Shown: positions 54,763 through 64,000 of the stretch, in pieces
Numbering within the stretch: position 1 is the first letter of the stretch
Layout of the letters: the number at the start of each line of letters is the position of its first letter
Position numbers and translations under genes: made by a program
The notes under the pieces: model-generated
Told to the model about the DNA's origin: nothing
The model's database searches: none
The model's input: the letters and a program-made list of their open reading frames with translations, nothing else
Origin: Minisyncoccota bacterium
Lineage (GTDB): Bacteria; Patescibacteriota; Minisyncoccia; Phycocordibacterales; UBA9973
Length of the DNA: 64,000 bases
NCBI GenBank assembly: GCA_039915165.1
Contig: JBDSNU010000007.1
Location: 16,658 to 80,657, forward strand
Direction of reading: 5' to 3'

Positions 54763-56508
54763 TTATCTATCTGGTGGAATATTATAATAATTTGTTATAA
54801 ATTGGATCATACTAAAGAACGGGTCTCCCAAGGTCTGGATCGAGTACAGAATATTTTTGGGGTAGTAGTCATATAAGTATAGAACATATTTAGGATTAGT
54901 CGCAGGGAAAAATCCGATCATTGAGTGAAGGTTTCGGTCATTGTAATACCCTCCGCCATTTGGTTTAGCGATTTGGGCAGTACCCGTTTTTGCAGCCACG
55001 GTATAATTTTTGATACCGCGATGATACCCGTCATCAACTACATGGGTTAGCATGCCATCAATCGTTTTTATTGTTTCAGGTTTTAACAATGGTCCAACTT
55101 TTGGATAGTCTAATGTTTTAATTGTGCCATCTTCTTGATCGATAGATGTAACAAGGTGTGGAGTGACCAAATATCCCCCATTCGCGAGCGAGGTAAATCC
55201 ACGCACAATGTTCATTGGAGTAGTAGCGATACCTTGTCCAAAGGCCGCAGTAGCATAGTTCACATCGTTACTACCATTCAAACTACTCACCAATCCATTC
55301 ACTTCTCCTGGCAAATCAACACCGGTTTTTTGTCCTAATTTATATTTATTAATTAAATAATCCTTGAACAACTCTTTGCCCATATGTTGCTCGACATAGA
55401 CCATACCGGTGTTCAATGATTGGTTGAGTACATCTTGCATACTAGTACCTGGTCCACGGCCGCGCTTGTCGAAGTTATAAATAGTTTTGCCACCGATAAC
55501 CACTGAGCCACTGTCAGTATAGGTTGTTTGAGGAGTAACAACATTATTATCAATAGCTGCAGCCATGATAAGCGGCTTCACAATAGATCCCATTTCGTAC
55601 ACATTTTGTACAAATGGGTTGGAATACACGCCATTATCTTTTTCTATGCCATAATTATTTAAATCGAATGTTGGCACCTGTGCCATGGCAATAATTTCAC
55701 CAGTGTAGGGATCCATCACAATACCTCCCACTGATTCACTAGACCATTTTGTTTTCACGTCTGCAACTGTTTGTTCAAGCTGTGCCTGCACTGACGGTTC
55801 GATAGAAGTCACGATATCGCCTGTTGCAGCAGTATTCTTGAATACACTAGACTGAATGTTGGCAAAAATTTCAGCGAAAAAGTTCACGTAAAACTGACTG
55901 CCATTACGTGACAATACATCATTATAATATTGCTCCAAACCATAGTTTCCGACTAGCGTATTATCATTTTTATACGACACAAAGCCGACAGCTTTAGCCG
56001 CCAGTGATCCTCCAGGATAGTAGCGCCATTTATCTCGATACAGTGTCAATCCAGGGATTTTCTGTTTCGTCAGTGCGTCTGCTTGTGGTTGTGACAAGTG
56101 TTTTGCAATTTCTTCATATGGGTCATTTTTCTTTGCAACACTATTTAATACATCGGATTGAGTCACTGGTAGAACGGCATTAATTGCGGCGTAGAGTTGA
56201 TCTCCGTTGACCACCTGACTAGGATTGATAGCGGCTTTAAAACCGTTTTGAATAGTAGCAGCGGCAACTGTTGTACCGTCCTTACTAGTGAAGTAAATAC
56301 TACCACGATCAAATACACTGTTCGAAGGGGTAACATATTGGCGCTCTGCACGGTCACGGTAGTCCTTTGAACTAATGACCTGCAACATAAAAAGGCGAAT
56401 AACAATAATACCACCGAGGATTGCAACTCCGGTGATAATTATGTTTATTCGCTGATGATGAATATTACTGTCCGACATTCCATGCCACTGCAGGCTTTGC
56501 AACAGCAA
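54763..56508 (-). CDS. ftsI: class B penicillin-binding protein (FtsI-like D,D-transpeptidase)
   Basis: N-terminal TM, a dimerisation domain, and a transpeptidase domain with catalytic Ser in the SxxK motif (GSIVKP), S-x-N (SLN) and KTG (KTGTA). Lies in the dcw cluster after ftsL. Confidence 0.8.
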   Translation of the reverse strand: MLLQSLQWHGMSDSNIHHQRINIIITGVAILGGIIVIRLFMLQVISSKDYRDRAERQYVTPSNSVFDRGSIYFTSKDGTTVAAATIQNGFKAAINPSQVVNGDQLYAAINAVLPVTQSDVLNSVAKKNDPYEEIAKHLSQPQADALTKQKIPGLTLYRDKWRYYPGGSLAAKAVGFVSYKNDNTLVGNYGLEQYYNDVLSRNGSQFYVNFFAEIFANIQSSVFKNTAATGDIVTSIEPSVQAQLEQTVADVKTKWSSESVGGIVMDPYTGEIIAMAQVPTFDLNNYGIEKDNGVYSNPFVQNVYEMGSIVKPLIMAAAIDNNVVTPQTTYTDSGSVVIGGKTIYNFDKRGRGPGTSMQDVLNQSLNTGMVYVEQHMGKELFKDYLINKYKLGQKTGVDLPGEVNGLVSSLNGSNDVNYATAAFGQGIATTPMNIVRGFTSLANGGYLVTPHLVTSIDQEDGTIKTLDYPKVGPLLKPETIKTIDGMLTHVVDDGYHRGIKNYTVAAKTGTAQIAKPNGGGYYNDRNLHSMIGFFPATNPKYVLYLYDYYPKNILYSIQTLGDPFFSMIQFITNYYNIPPDR

Positions 56509-56803
56509 ATGCTACAGCAGTTCCTTTAACTAAACCAATTGAGCTGGCGTAATTTTCATTTAACTGTTGCTGATTTTTTAAATACACGCGCTCTTGGTCA
56601 CTCATAGAAGATATGAGCGCCTTGTTTGTTTGTTCAACAGCACGTTGGTTCACCACAGTAAATGTAATCGCTCCGACGAAGTAACTATAACATATAAATA
56701 GCACACCAGAACCTACCCATGTATACCGAATAATTAAACGGAGTGTTTTATTAACATCATTCATTGGGACAGATTCAATTTTGTTTTTTAGTGCTGCAAT
56801 CAT
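56465..56803 (-). CDS. FtsL-like cell-division protein (single TM + coiled coil)
   Basis: Position between rsmH and ftsI. Start set at the internal Met (56803), 16 nt after the rsmH stop. Confidence 0.45.
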   Translation of the reverse strand: MIAALKNKIESVPMNDVNKTLRLIIRYTWVGSGVLFICYSYFVGAITFTVVNQRAVEQTNKALISSMSDQERVYLKNQQQLNENYASSIGLVKGTAVAFAVAKPAVAWNVGQ

Positions 56804-56819
56804 TGTAGTATTTAAATTA

Positions 56820-57731
56820 TTATAATTTTTCGATCGTTCGCAATTTTGCGCTTCGTGATCGAGGGTTCGTTTGTAATTCTTCGTCGGATGGTGCAATAGG
56901 TTTCTTGGTAAGGATGGAGCCAATCGATTCTTCTGTCTTGGTTTTCATCCATTGTTTAACGAGTCGGTCTTCGAGACTATGGAAAGTGATGATGCTTAAT
57001 CGCCCATGAGGACTCAGTGCTTCCCACCATGAGTCCATTGCCGTAGTAAGCGTACCAAGCTCATCATTCACTGCTATCCGTAAGGCTTGAAAAGTCTTTG
57101 TGGCAGGGTGAATGCGCCCTCTGCGTGGCACAGCAGCCTCAATAACGGCAGCCAGCTGGACAGCAGTTACAATCGGCGTGATTGCTCTAGCTGCAACAAT
57201 GGCACGCGCTATGCGTCGAGAACTGCGATCTTCGCCATAACCATAAATTATGTCAGCGATTGATTCTTCTCTCCAGGTATTCACAATGTCATATGCATTG
57301 AAGCCAGTATGTGATCCTTGTTCAGAGAAGGTCATAGTCAACGGTGTATCGCTATGAAATGAAAATCCGCGAGTATCAGCAAGTAATTGGAAGACACTAG
57401 TTCCTAGATCGAGCAATACTTTGTTTACAGTAGTAATACCAGCTTGTTCTAAAATAGCAGTAGTATCTTTGAAGTTTGAGTGAACAAACTTCACATTTTT
57501 TGCTCCAACAAATTTTTCTTCGAAACGTCCCTCTGCTGCCTCATCGAGGTCAACACAGATAAGCATTCCTGTATCATGCAATGCTTCAGCAATCACACTA
57601 CTGTGACCACCTCCACCAAATGTACCGTCAACAATAACATCACCATCGGTGATATCGAGTGACATAACAGATTCGTGTAAAAGAACGGGTGTGTGAACTG
57701 GCCCTGAGCCTGTCGAATGGGTAGTTTTCAT
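56820..57731 (-). CDS. rsmH: 16S rRNA (cytosine1402-N4)-methyltransferase
   Basis: HTPVLLHES...DGTFGGGGHS SAM motif, and a conserved C-terminal region. Lies in the dcw cluster after mraZ. Confidence 0.9.
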   Translation of the reverse strand: MKTTHSTGSGPVHTPVLLHESVMSLDITDGDVIVDGTFGGGGHSSVIAEALHDTGMLICVDLDEAAEGRFEEKFVGAKNVKFVHSNFKDTTAILEQAGITTVNKVLLDLGTSVFQLLADTRGFSFHSDTPLTMTFSEQGSHTGFNAYDIVNTWREESIADIIYGYGEDRSSRRIARAIVAARAITPIVTAVQLAAVIEAAVPRRGRIHPATKTFQALRIAVNDELGTLTTAMDSWWEALSPHGRLSIITFHSLEDRLVKQWMKTKTEESIGSILTKKPIAPSDEELQTNPRSRSAKLRTIEKL

Positions 57732-57732
57732 A

Positions 57733-58167
57733 TTACAGTACTCCGATAGCTCCAAGTCGTTCTGCGAGCGTATCAGCATTCGCTTCTACCTGACGTTTAT
57801 ATTTCTGCCAAGTAGCTTCGTCCCATAGTTCAAGGCGATTGTATACGCCAATAACCGAAACCTTGTCTTTAATACCAGCACGATCCTTAAGAAAGTCTGG
57901 TAACAAAATACGGCCATTCGCATCAACCGATACTTCTGTCGCTCCACCAAGGAAATAACGACTGAAGCTTCGAGTATCAGACTGTAACATAGAGCCTTCT
58001 GCCAACTGTTCGGCTTTTTTCTTCCATTCAGCTGCAGTAAAAACAAATAATGACTGCTCCAAACCTGGCGCAACAATTACCGTCTTCCCCATTTCCTTAC
58101 GGAACTTAACAGGAAGCGATAATCTATTTTTTTCATCAATATTGTGTGTATATTCGCCGATTAACAT
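57733..58167 (-). CDS. mraZ: transcriptional regulator MraZ
   Basis: Two SpoVT/AbrB-like halves with the DxxxR motifs (IDEKNRLSLP and VDANGRILLP). Start set at MLIGEY. Confidence 0.85.
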   Translation of the reverse strand: MLIGEYTHNIDEKNRLSLPVKFRKEMGKTVIVAPGLEQSLFVFTAAEWKKKAEQLAEGSMLQSDTRSFSRYFLGGATEVSVDANGRILLPDFLKDRAGIKDKVSVIGVYNRLELWDEATWQKYKRQVEANADTLAERLGAIGVL

Positions 58168-58204
58168 ATTATTTACATTTACCACTTCGTCCCACTTGCT
58201 ACCA

Positions 58205-58262
58205 TTATATCCCACTTAGTCACCCCACCGCAAATAATTTGTGGGGATAACACAGAAAAACC
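58205..58262 (-). promoter_or_regulatory. candidate MraZ operator region: GTGGG-type repeats upstream of mraZ
   Basis: On the coding strand the sequence reads CCCCAC-N12-GTGGGGTGACTAAGTGGG, which contains two direct GTGGG boxes and an inverted CCCCAC. Confidence 0.35.
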
Positions 58263-58294
58263 CCACCGTACGGTGGGGTCTTCGTTTTTGTTAC

Positions 58295-58753
58295 CTATTC
58301 AACACTAACAATAGTGTATTCCATATCACCTCTCGGTGTTGAAACTGTAACGGTATCGCCTTTTTTCTTGCCATACAGCGCGCTGCCAATTGGTGACTTA
58401 TATGAGATTTTGCCAGATAACATATCTGTTTCTTCGCTCCCTACCAAAACAAATGTGCGATTATTGCCTTCATTATCTTTTTTGATCACGACAGTTGAAC
58501 CAATATCGATAGTGCCGTTGACTGAATGTTGAATAACAACAGCATGTTTGAGCACATTTTCGATGTTACCAATACGCTCTTCAAGTCTACCTTGTTCTTC
58601 ACGAGCAATGTGATATTCAGCATTTTCGGACAAATCACCCAGGCGCTTGGCGTATTCAATAGACGCGATTACTTCCTTGCGTTTTACAGTCGTTAATTCC
58701 TTCAATTCGGCTTCGAGTGTGTCTTTGTTTTCTTGTGTCAGATATTCTTTCAT
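58295..58753 (-). CDS. greA: transcription elongation factor GreA
   Basis: N-terminal coiled coil with the conserved acidic tip (LSENAEY) and a C-terminal FKBP-like domain. A CCCCACCG/CGGTGGGG terminator follows. Confidence 0.9.
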   Translation of the reverse strand: MKEYLTQENKDTLEAELKELTTVKRKEVIASIEYAKRLGDLSENAEYHIAREEQGRLEERIGNIENVLKHAVVIQHSVNGTIDIGSTVVIKKDNEGNNRTFVLVGSEETDMLSGKISYKSPIGSALYGKKKGDTVTVSTPRGDMEYTIVSVE

Positions 58754-58779
58754 GGATGCATTACTATACTATCTTTTAA

Positions 58780-60477
58780 TTATTGGGTCAAAAGTTCAGG
58801 ATTTGCGGCATATAAATCAATAACGGGTTTTATGGCGTATTTTGCACCACTGGAAACGATAGGACCATTTTCCATCAATACCACAAAGGCGTATTTGGGT
58901 TTATCTAAGGGGAAATATCCTTCGATCCACGAGTTAACGCGAGTGTTACCACTGATCTGTGCCGTACCGGATTTGGCAGCAACAGCCAATGTGGTATTTT
59001 GTAGCACAGTTGCAGTTCCTCCTGGATCAGTTACTGTCATTCGCATTGCCTCATCAATCACTCGATATTGGGCCTCTGTAAACGGGAGGTGTTCGATCGG
59101 CCCCAATGGTTTACCGTCTAAACTTTTCAAAATACTTGGTGTCACCAGTGTACCGTGCGATGCCAACCCTCCTACAGCACGCAGCATCTGAATAGGTGTT
59201 ACCTGAAAACCATACTGACCAATGGCAGTGTGGTACGTGTCACCAACGCGCCACATAGGATCTTTGGGAAAGTTTTTTGCCTTCCATGCAATACCTGGGA
59301 TCGTACCAGTAAGTTCTCCAGAGAAATTAATACCGGTTTTTTGCCCAATACCAAAAAGTGTTGAGTACTTATCAATATTGGCAATACCCAAACCAGGTTG
59401 ACCACCTAATCCACCGCCGATTTCATAAAAGTATGAGTCGGAAGATACAGCAATTGCTTTGCGCATATCAACATCGCCATGGTTCGCATTATCTTTAAAG
59501 ATCGTGAATTGACCTGGGGCATATGGATTTGGAATACGAACTTCACCGGTTGTATGGAGTACTGTATTGGCATCAATGACCCCTTCTTGTAATGCACCAA
59601 TAGCAAAGAACGGCTTCACGATCGAACCAGGAGTATAGAGACCGTCAGTTAGTCGATTGAGGAAAGGACGGGCGGGGTCTTTGAGGTATCCATTAATGGT
59701 CGCAGTGTCCTTACCTGTCGACAAAATATTTTCATCATATTCAGGATAACTCGTCATAGCAATAAGTTCACCAGTATCGATGTTCATGACTGCCCCTGCG
59801 CCACCAACATATCCTGACTGCTCAGCCAATGCCTTTATGCCGTCATATAATGTGGACTCTACGCGAGTATCTACTGCCAATGAAATATTTCTGCCTTGTA
59901 TAGGATCTTCAACCAGCCCCTGCGAAACAGTGTTGCCATTCACATCTGTTTCAATAAGCTGTGTGCCATTTTTCCCAGCAAGATCAGTATCAAATTGTTT
60001 TTCTACACCATCCTTACCCATGGTACGAGTCTGCCAAAATTTTCCTTTTGTATCTTTTGCGGGATAAGAAACATACCCTAGCAAACTAGCGAAGCCACCT
60101 TGTTGTATATAATTTCGAAATGTAGGTACAACATCATTACCTGGAGTATTCCATGCCAACTCTACACCGTTACGATCGTAAATAACACCACGGTCGGCAA
60201 ATACAGCGATATGGTTCAAACTATTATTTTCACTTTTGCGTTCATAGTATGCAGACTTAGCAATTTGCAAAAAACCCAATCTTCCCACAAAAAATACAGC
60301 AATGGTTACCATCACTGCCAGTAGTACACCAAATGATTGCTTGCTCAACGGCTGCTCCATTCGGCCTTCAAATTGCTGACGGTCGAATGCCGGTAGATTA
60401 TTTACATCAAGCAGGATCTCATCAGGATGTAATTCTGCGCCATATATTTTTTTGTTACGTCTACGCTTCCAAACCAT
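58780..60477 (-). CDS. mrdA: class B penicillin-binding protein 2 (elongation-type transpeptidase)
   Basis: TM, pedestal domain, and a transpeptidase domain with SxxK (GSIVKP), S-x-D (SSD) and KSGTA motifs. Confidence 0.8.
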   Translation of the reverse strand: MVWKRRRNKKIYGAELHPDEILLDVNNLPAFDRQQFEGRMEQPLSKQSFGVLLAVMVTIAVFFVGRLGFLQIAKSAYYERKSENNSLNHIAVFADRGVIYDRNGVELAWNTPGNDVVPTFRNYIQQGGFASLLGYVSYPAKDTKGKFWQTRTMGKDGVEKQFDTDLAGKNGTQLIETDVNGNTVSQGLVEDPIQGRNISLAVDTRVESTLYDGIKALAEQSGYVGGAGAVMNIDTGELIAMTSYPEYDENILSTGKDTATINGYLKDPARPFLNRLTDGLYTPGSIVKPFFAIGALQEGVIDANTVLHTTGEVRIPNPYAPGQFTIFKDNANHGDVDMRKAIAVSSDSYFYEIGGGLGGQPGLGIANIDKYSTLFGIGQKTGINFSGELTGTIPGIAWKAKNFPKDPMWRVGDTYHTAIGQYGFQVTPIQMLRAVGGLASHGTLVTPSILKSLDGKPLGPIEHLPFTEAQYRVIDEAMRMTVTDPGGTATVLQNTTLAVAAKSGTAQISGNTRVNSWIEGYFPLDKPKYAFVVLMENGPIVSSGAKYAIKPVIDLYAANPELLTQ

Positions 60478-60739
60478 ATACTGTACGAATACGCAATTTT
60501 TTCATAACGACATAATGAATTCCAAGTAATGCCAATATGAGTATAGTCATCCAATGATGTGAAATACTAAGAAATGAACCAGGGGCATAGAGCGCATCAC
60601 TAATGATGGCAGGTAGTACCATAAAAAACCGGTACGGGCCGATGATTATTGCCGCGACAAAAAGTGCCAATTGTAGCCATAGTGGTACATAAAGCACCGC
60701 TAATATAAGAAAAACTATCCACAGGATGGTGCGAATCAT
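60461..60739 (-). CDS. small membrane protein (92 aa; possibly MreD-like)
   Basis: Three hydrophobic helices immediately upstream of pbp2. Confidence 0.3.
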   Translation of the reverse strand: MIRTILWIVFLILAVLYVPLWLQLALFVAAIIIGPYRFFMVLPAIISDALYAPGSFLSISHHWMTILILALLGIHYVVMKKLRIRTVYGLEA

Positions 60740-60771
60740 GCCTTAATGGTAACACATTTTGGGGGTATTTT

Positions 60772-61506
60772 TTAAAAAATGAGATTTACAACAAATCGTA
60801 AAATAAGCAAGATGATCAATGCTGCAGCGATGTAAAAGATAGCCTGGCTAGCGAAGATGGCTGCGCCTGTTGTTGCATAAATAAGCACAAATGAATCCCA
60901 TGGGTTACCGAAAGATTTTGCTGCTGAGTTTTTGTCATCTGGGGCAGCCTTTGCATTTGATGCATCAATTTTCTTTTGTGTGTTTGTTTTTAATACTGTG
61001 TATGCAACTTTTTGCTTCACGCGAAATGCTTCTACTTTAGTTAAGAGAGGTGCAAACCAGGCATTGATCTGTGCTGCCCCTGGAATGATAGATGACACTG
61101 CTGTCGGTGTTACCGTAGAACCAACTGTAACAGTACCGAGAGTGCCGATCAATCCTGGTAGGGATTTTTTGGTGCTAGTAATCGCACTAGTCACCTTTGC
61201 GGTAACAACTGTATCTTTTACTGGCATTTTCCAAGCCAGTGTAATTGTTTTTGCGGAACCTTTTGCGATCAATGCAGAAGCAGTACCGATAGTTTCAGTA
61301 GTTGTCGTGAACGCCACAGTAACCGTTGCATCACTTACTTGATTGTTATATACCAAAGCATTTACTGTAATAGGCTCACTAACAGCGACTGTCGCAGGAT
61401 CAAACCACACCGAAGCCTTAGGTAGTTCTGGTGCAGCAAATACAGCTTGTGTCACCATGCTAATACTTACTATTGATAACAACACTAGAGCAACAAACTT
61501 CTTCAT
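60772..61506 (-). CDS. hypothetical exported protein with C-terminal TM anchor (244 aa)
   Basis: Signal peptide, Thr/Val-rich beta-like repeats, C-terminal hydrophobic helix. Confidence 0.35.
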   Translation of the reverse strand: MKKFVALVLLSIVSISMVTQAVFAAPELPKASVWFDPATVAVSEPITVNALVYNNQVSDATVTVAFTTTTETIGTASALIAKGSAKTITLAWKMPVKDTVVTAKVTSAITSTKKSLPGLIGTLGTVTVGSTVTPTAVSSIIPGAAQINAWFAPLLTKVEAFRVKQKVAYTVLKTNTQKKIDASNAKAAPDDKNSAAKSFGNPWDSFVLIYATTGAAIFASQAIFYIAAALIILLILRFVVNLIF

Positions 61507-61507
61507 A

Positions 61508-62278
61508 TTATTTAAGCGCGAATGATGCCTTAACTGTTACTGTGATCTGCTTTTGAATTTGAGAAGTATCATAACTACCATAATCAGAAACATCGGTTGA
61601 GTTCAATGATTGAACTTGTACTACCCCACTACTTGCACTTTTGAGTGTTCCTACTCCACGTCCAGAGTTTTTTGCCAATTCGCCAGCACGAGCCTTAGCA
61701 TCAGCAATCGCTTGTGACAAAAGTTGAATACGAGTATCTGCCAATTTTGAATAATAATATTCGAGTGCAATGGTAGAGAAAATTGTACCTTTGTTAATAA
61801 GCTCAGCAACATGATTTGAAGCAGTCGTGAGTTTTGCTACGTCATTAGATTGTACTGTGAAAGTTTGAACTAATGTGTACTGTTTTTCAGCAGTTTCATT
61901 TTGTTGGTAGACTTCATTCATTGCTACGGGTGTTGTAGTAAGTTCATCAGTAGTAATACCTTGGGCCTTGAAGAATGCATTTGCATCTACGAGGTCACTA
62001 GCGAGTTGTGCATACCCTGCCTTGAGACTACTCTCTCTCACAGTACGACTGATCTGCGTAGTCCATTTTGCTTGATCAGAAACAACTTCCATTTTTGCAG
62101 AACCTGTAACAGAAACAGTATCGTTCAAAGAGCGAAGTTGAAAGATAGTAACAGCACCAAGTACTACTGCAATCAAAAAGCTTCCTCCTAAAATAAATCC
62201 GAGCTTAACAAGTGGGTGTTGGTTTTCCATGCGATAAGTATAGCACCCGCAAAGAAAAAAACACGCCTGTTTGAACAA
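61508..62278 (-). CDS. SIMPL-domain (DUF541) protein
   Basis: N-terminal TM followed by a pattern of about 210 aa typical of the 26-kDa periplasmic immunogenic protein family. The start may be the Met at 62230. Confidence 0.55.
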   Translation of the reverse strand: MFKQACFFLCGCYTYRMENQHPLVKLGFILGGSFLIAVVLGAVTIFQLRSLNDTVSVTGSAKMEVVSDQAKWTTQISRTVRESSLKAGYAQLASDLVDANAFFKAQGITTDELTTTPVAMNEVYQQNETAEKQYTLVQTFTVQSNDVAKLTTASNHVAELINKGTIFSTIALEYYYSKLADTRIQLLSQAIADAKARAGELAKNSGRGVGTLKSASSGVVQVQSLNSTDVSDYGSYDTSQIQKQITVTVKASFALK

Positions 62279-62296
62279 TGACGTGTTTTTTCTTTG

Positions 62297-62369
62297 TGGA
62301 CCCTAGGAGATTCGAACTCCTGACCTTTGCTTTGCAAAAGCACTGCTCTACCAACTGAGCTAAGGGCCC
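62297..62369 (-). tRNA. tRNA-Ala (anticodon TGC) with G3:U70 identity pair
   Basis: The reverse complement GGGCCCTTAGCTCAGTTGGTAGAGCA...TTTGCAA...GGAGTTCGAATCTCC...AGGGTCCA folds as a cloverleaf. The 3-70 pair is G-U. Confidence 0.85.
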
Positions 62370-62429
62370 GTGTACTCAGATATATTTGAGTACAGTGATT
62401 TTACTATACAATTGGTTTTTTGCAATCTT

Positions 62430-63827
62430 TTAGATAAATACAGATGCAATTGCGGCAATTCCTGCCACTGTCATCAACCCCACTACTGCCCAACCAATCC
62501 AGGTAATATAGGGCTTATTGGCATGCTTACCCATTATTTGTTTGTTACTACTTAGCTGCACAATGAAGAATAAAATTATTGGAGCAACCAATCCATTGCC
62601 CACCGCAGAGTAAATAAGCGCTTTGATAGGATCAAGTCCGATGAAATTCAAACCGATGCCGACTACCATAGCCAAAATGATCACTCCATAAAACGCATAT
62701 GCATTTTTTAATTTGCGATACAGTCCAAACTTCCATCCCATGCTTTCAGACACTGCATAAGAAGCAGATCCAGCTAATACAGGTATTGCGAGCATTCCTG
62801 TTCCCAAAATTCCAATCGCAAATAATACGAATGCGAAGTTGCCAGCAAAAGGTTTGAGCGCAAATGCTGCATCAGCAGCACTGGTGATATTGGTTATATT
62901 ATGAGTAAACAATGTTGCAGCACAGGCAGCAATGATGAAGAACATGACCAAGTTTGAAACAAACATACCTGTCCACACATCTGCTCGCATACTACGAATT
63001 GCTTTCGGGTGAAGCGCCTGTTGGCGTGCAGCAACTGTGTCTTCCCCTTTCAAAATTTCTTCCTCAACTTCTTGTGATGTTTGCCAAAAGAATAAATAGG
63101 GTGAGATGGTTGTGCCTAAGATCGCGCATACTAAGAAGATCTGTGAGCGAGAAAACTGGAATGAAGGAATAAAAGTATGATGAAGCACTACCCCCCAATC
63201 CAAATGAATAAAGAGTGCTGAAATAACGTATGACAATAATACTAGTGCGAGATACTTAAGATATTTGGCATATCGCGCATAGGTGGTGAATATTTGTAAC
63301 AACAAACTAATAACACCGAAGCCAATCACCAACAAAGCAAAACTAAGATGTGGAGCCAGAAGCTTTGCACCTTGTGCCATTGCTCCCAAGTCTGCACCAA
63401 TATTGAAAACATTTGCAGCAACAAGGAAGAACGTTGCGATATAGAGCAGTGTCTTCGAATAATGAGTGCGGATATTTGCCGCCAACCCTTTACCACTTAC
63501 CATACCAATACGTGCACACATTTCTTGCACTACCGCCATTAATGGAAATGTAAACAATGAAAGCCAGATCAATTGAAATCCATATTGAGCACCAGTTTGA
63601 GAATATGTTGCAATACCAGAAGGATCATCATCGGATGCCCCAGTAGTCAACCCAGGACCTAGGTTATTCCAATATTCTTTTGCAACTGCAAAAGGTTTCT
63701 TGTTGATGAGAGAGTGCTCTAGATGTTCGAACTTTTCTACTCCTTCTTCTAGGAGTTCTGCTGGTACCGCAATAACTTTCTCAAAGGCACTTTCCGGGGT
63801 TTCGTTCATATAAAAGTATGATAGCAC
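62430..63827 (-). CDS. mntH: NRAMP-family divalent metal (Mn2+/Fe2+) transporter
   Basis: 11-12 TM helices with the conserved DPGN-like (SDDDPSGIATY) and MPH-like NRAMP signatures (GTGMLAIPVLAGSASYA). Confidence 0.8.
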   Translation of the reverse strand: MLSYFYMNETPESAFEKVIAVPAELLEEGVEKFEHLEHSLINKKPFAVAKEYWNNLGPGLTTGASDDDPSGIATYSQTGAQYGFQLIWLSLFTFPLMAVVQEMCARIGMVSGKGLAANIRTHYSKTLLYIATFFLVAANVFNIGADLGAMAQGAKLLAPHLSFALLVIGFGVISLLLQIFTTYARYAKYLKYLALVLLSYVISALFIHLDWGVVLHHTFIPSFQFSRSQIFLVCAILGTTISPYLFFWQTSQEVEEEILKGEDTVAARQQALHPKAIRSMRADVWTGMFVSNLVMFFIIAACAATLFTHNITNITSAADAAFALKPFAGNFAFVLFAIGILGTGMLAIPVLAGSASYAVSESMGWKFGLYRKLKNAYAFYGVIILAMVVGIGLNFIGLDPIKALIYSAVGNGLVAPIILFFIVQLSSNKQIMGKHANKPYITWIGWAVVGLMTVAGIAAIASVFI

Positions 63828-64000
63828 AAGACAATAAAAAATCGCCCCAAGCTCTAAGCAGGAGGCGATTTTCGATTGGTGTAAGATCGGTGTTATTTAA
63901 TAGCTCTTTTTACAGGAGGCAACTTCATCAAATAAATGAAGAATGTGGTGAGCAAAGCTAACCAACATAGTGCGCCTACTAATAACGAGGAGCTTGAAAA

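Noticed and set aside
63840-63885. Hairpin plus T-run immediately upstream of mntH as a metal-sensing riboswitch or attenuator
   Set aside because: I could not recognise yybP-ykoY or other riboswitch consensus elements in the flanking sequence. The hairpin is most simply the terminator of an upstream minus-strand gene that starts beyond the window edge.
1-64000. CRISPR arrays, rRNA genes, tmRNA/RNase P/SRP RNAs
   Set aside because: I looked for regularly spaced direct repeats and for conserved rRNA, tmRNA, RNase P and 4.5S motifs, particularly in the long spacers at 22320-22750 and 34480-34860. I found none. The only repeats are the 42-nt element and short local palindromes.

Overview
This 64 kb window looks like a piece of a streamlined, low-GC chromosome that uses the standard genetic code. 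Four observations point to a monoderm-like, possibly Patescibacteria/CPR-type (for example Saccharibacteria-like) lineage, which is an inference only:
- a Cheo-type LexA box (GAAC-N4-GTTC);
- a non-zinc type-B L31;
- a split transketolase;
- tRNA-Ile(GAT) and tRNA-Ala(UGC) that are not linked to any rRNA.
Most of the window is densely packed housekeeping genes, all named from motifs read directly in the ORF translations:
- translation/ribosome: lexA, an ABC-F ATPase, rsgA, xseAB, rpmA, rplI, ctpA, rsmI, prfA, rpmE, rplY, gatB, obg and a GatB/YqeY protein;
- central metabolism: fba and a pentose-phosphate operon of rpiB, rpe and a split tkt, plus gap;
- division/envelope and others: rmuC, mraZ-rsmH-ftsL-ftsI, greA, pbp2 and mntH.
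One 61-aa ORF upstream of lexA, not in that list, sits under an SOS-type promoter.
I found no CRISPR array and no rRNA.
The non-routine content is as follows.
1. A canonical promoter with an embedded LexA box drives a 61-aa basic ORF directly upstream of lexA.
2. A patch of uncharacterised, individually terminated genes spans 15.7-20.4 kb. It includes a DUF4157-like HExxH protein and a SHOCT protein. It also holds a 396-aa protein with an Nth-like VDxxxxRV motif. Next to that is an orphan ParB-family protein carrying a Cys/His-rich insertion. This pair is my best candidate for an undescribed DNA-targeting module.
3. A small integrated element sits at the 3' end of tRNA-Glu(CUC). It is bounded by a large serine recombinase whose last codons are encoded by the tRNA itself, with a degenerate attR-like repeat about 2.7 kb away. 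It carries a lipoprotein gene, and two further orphan genes lie beside it.
4. A 42-nt sequence occurs in two convergent intergenic regions, once as the arms of a 23-bp inverted repeat.
5. A repeat-containing ORF is inserted between the two transketolase halves.
6. Several structured intergenic RNAs or terminators are present.
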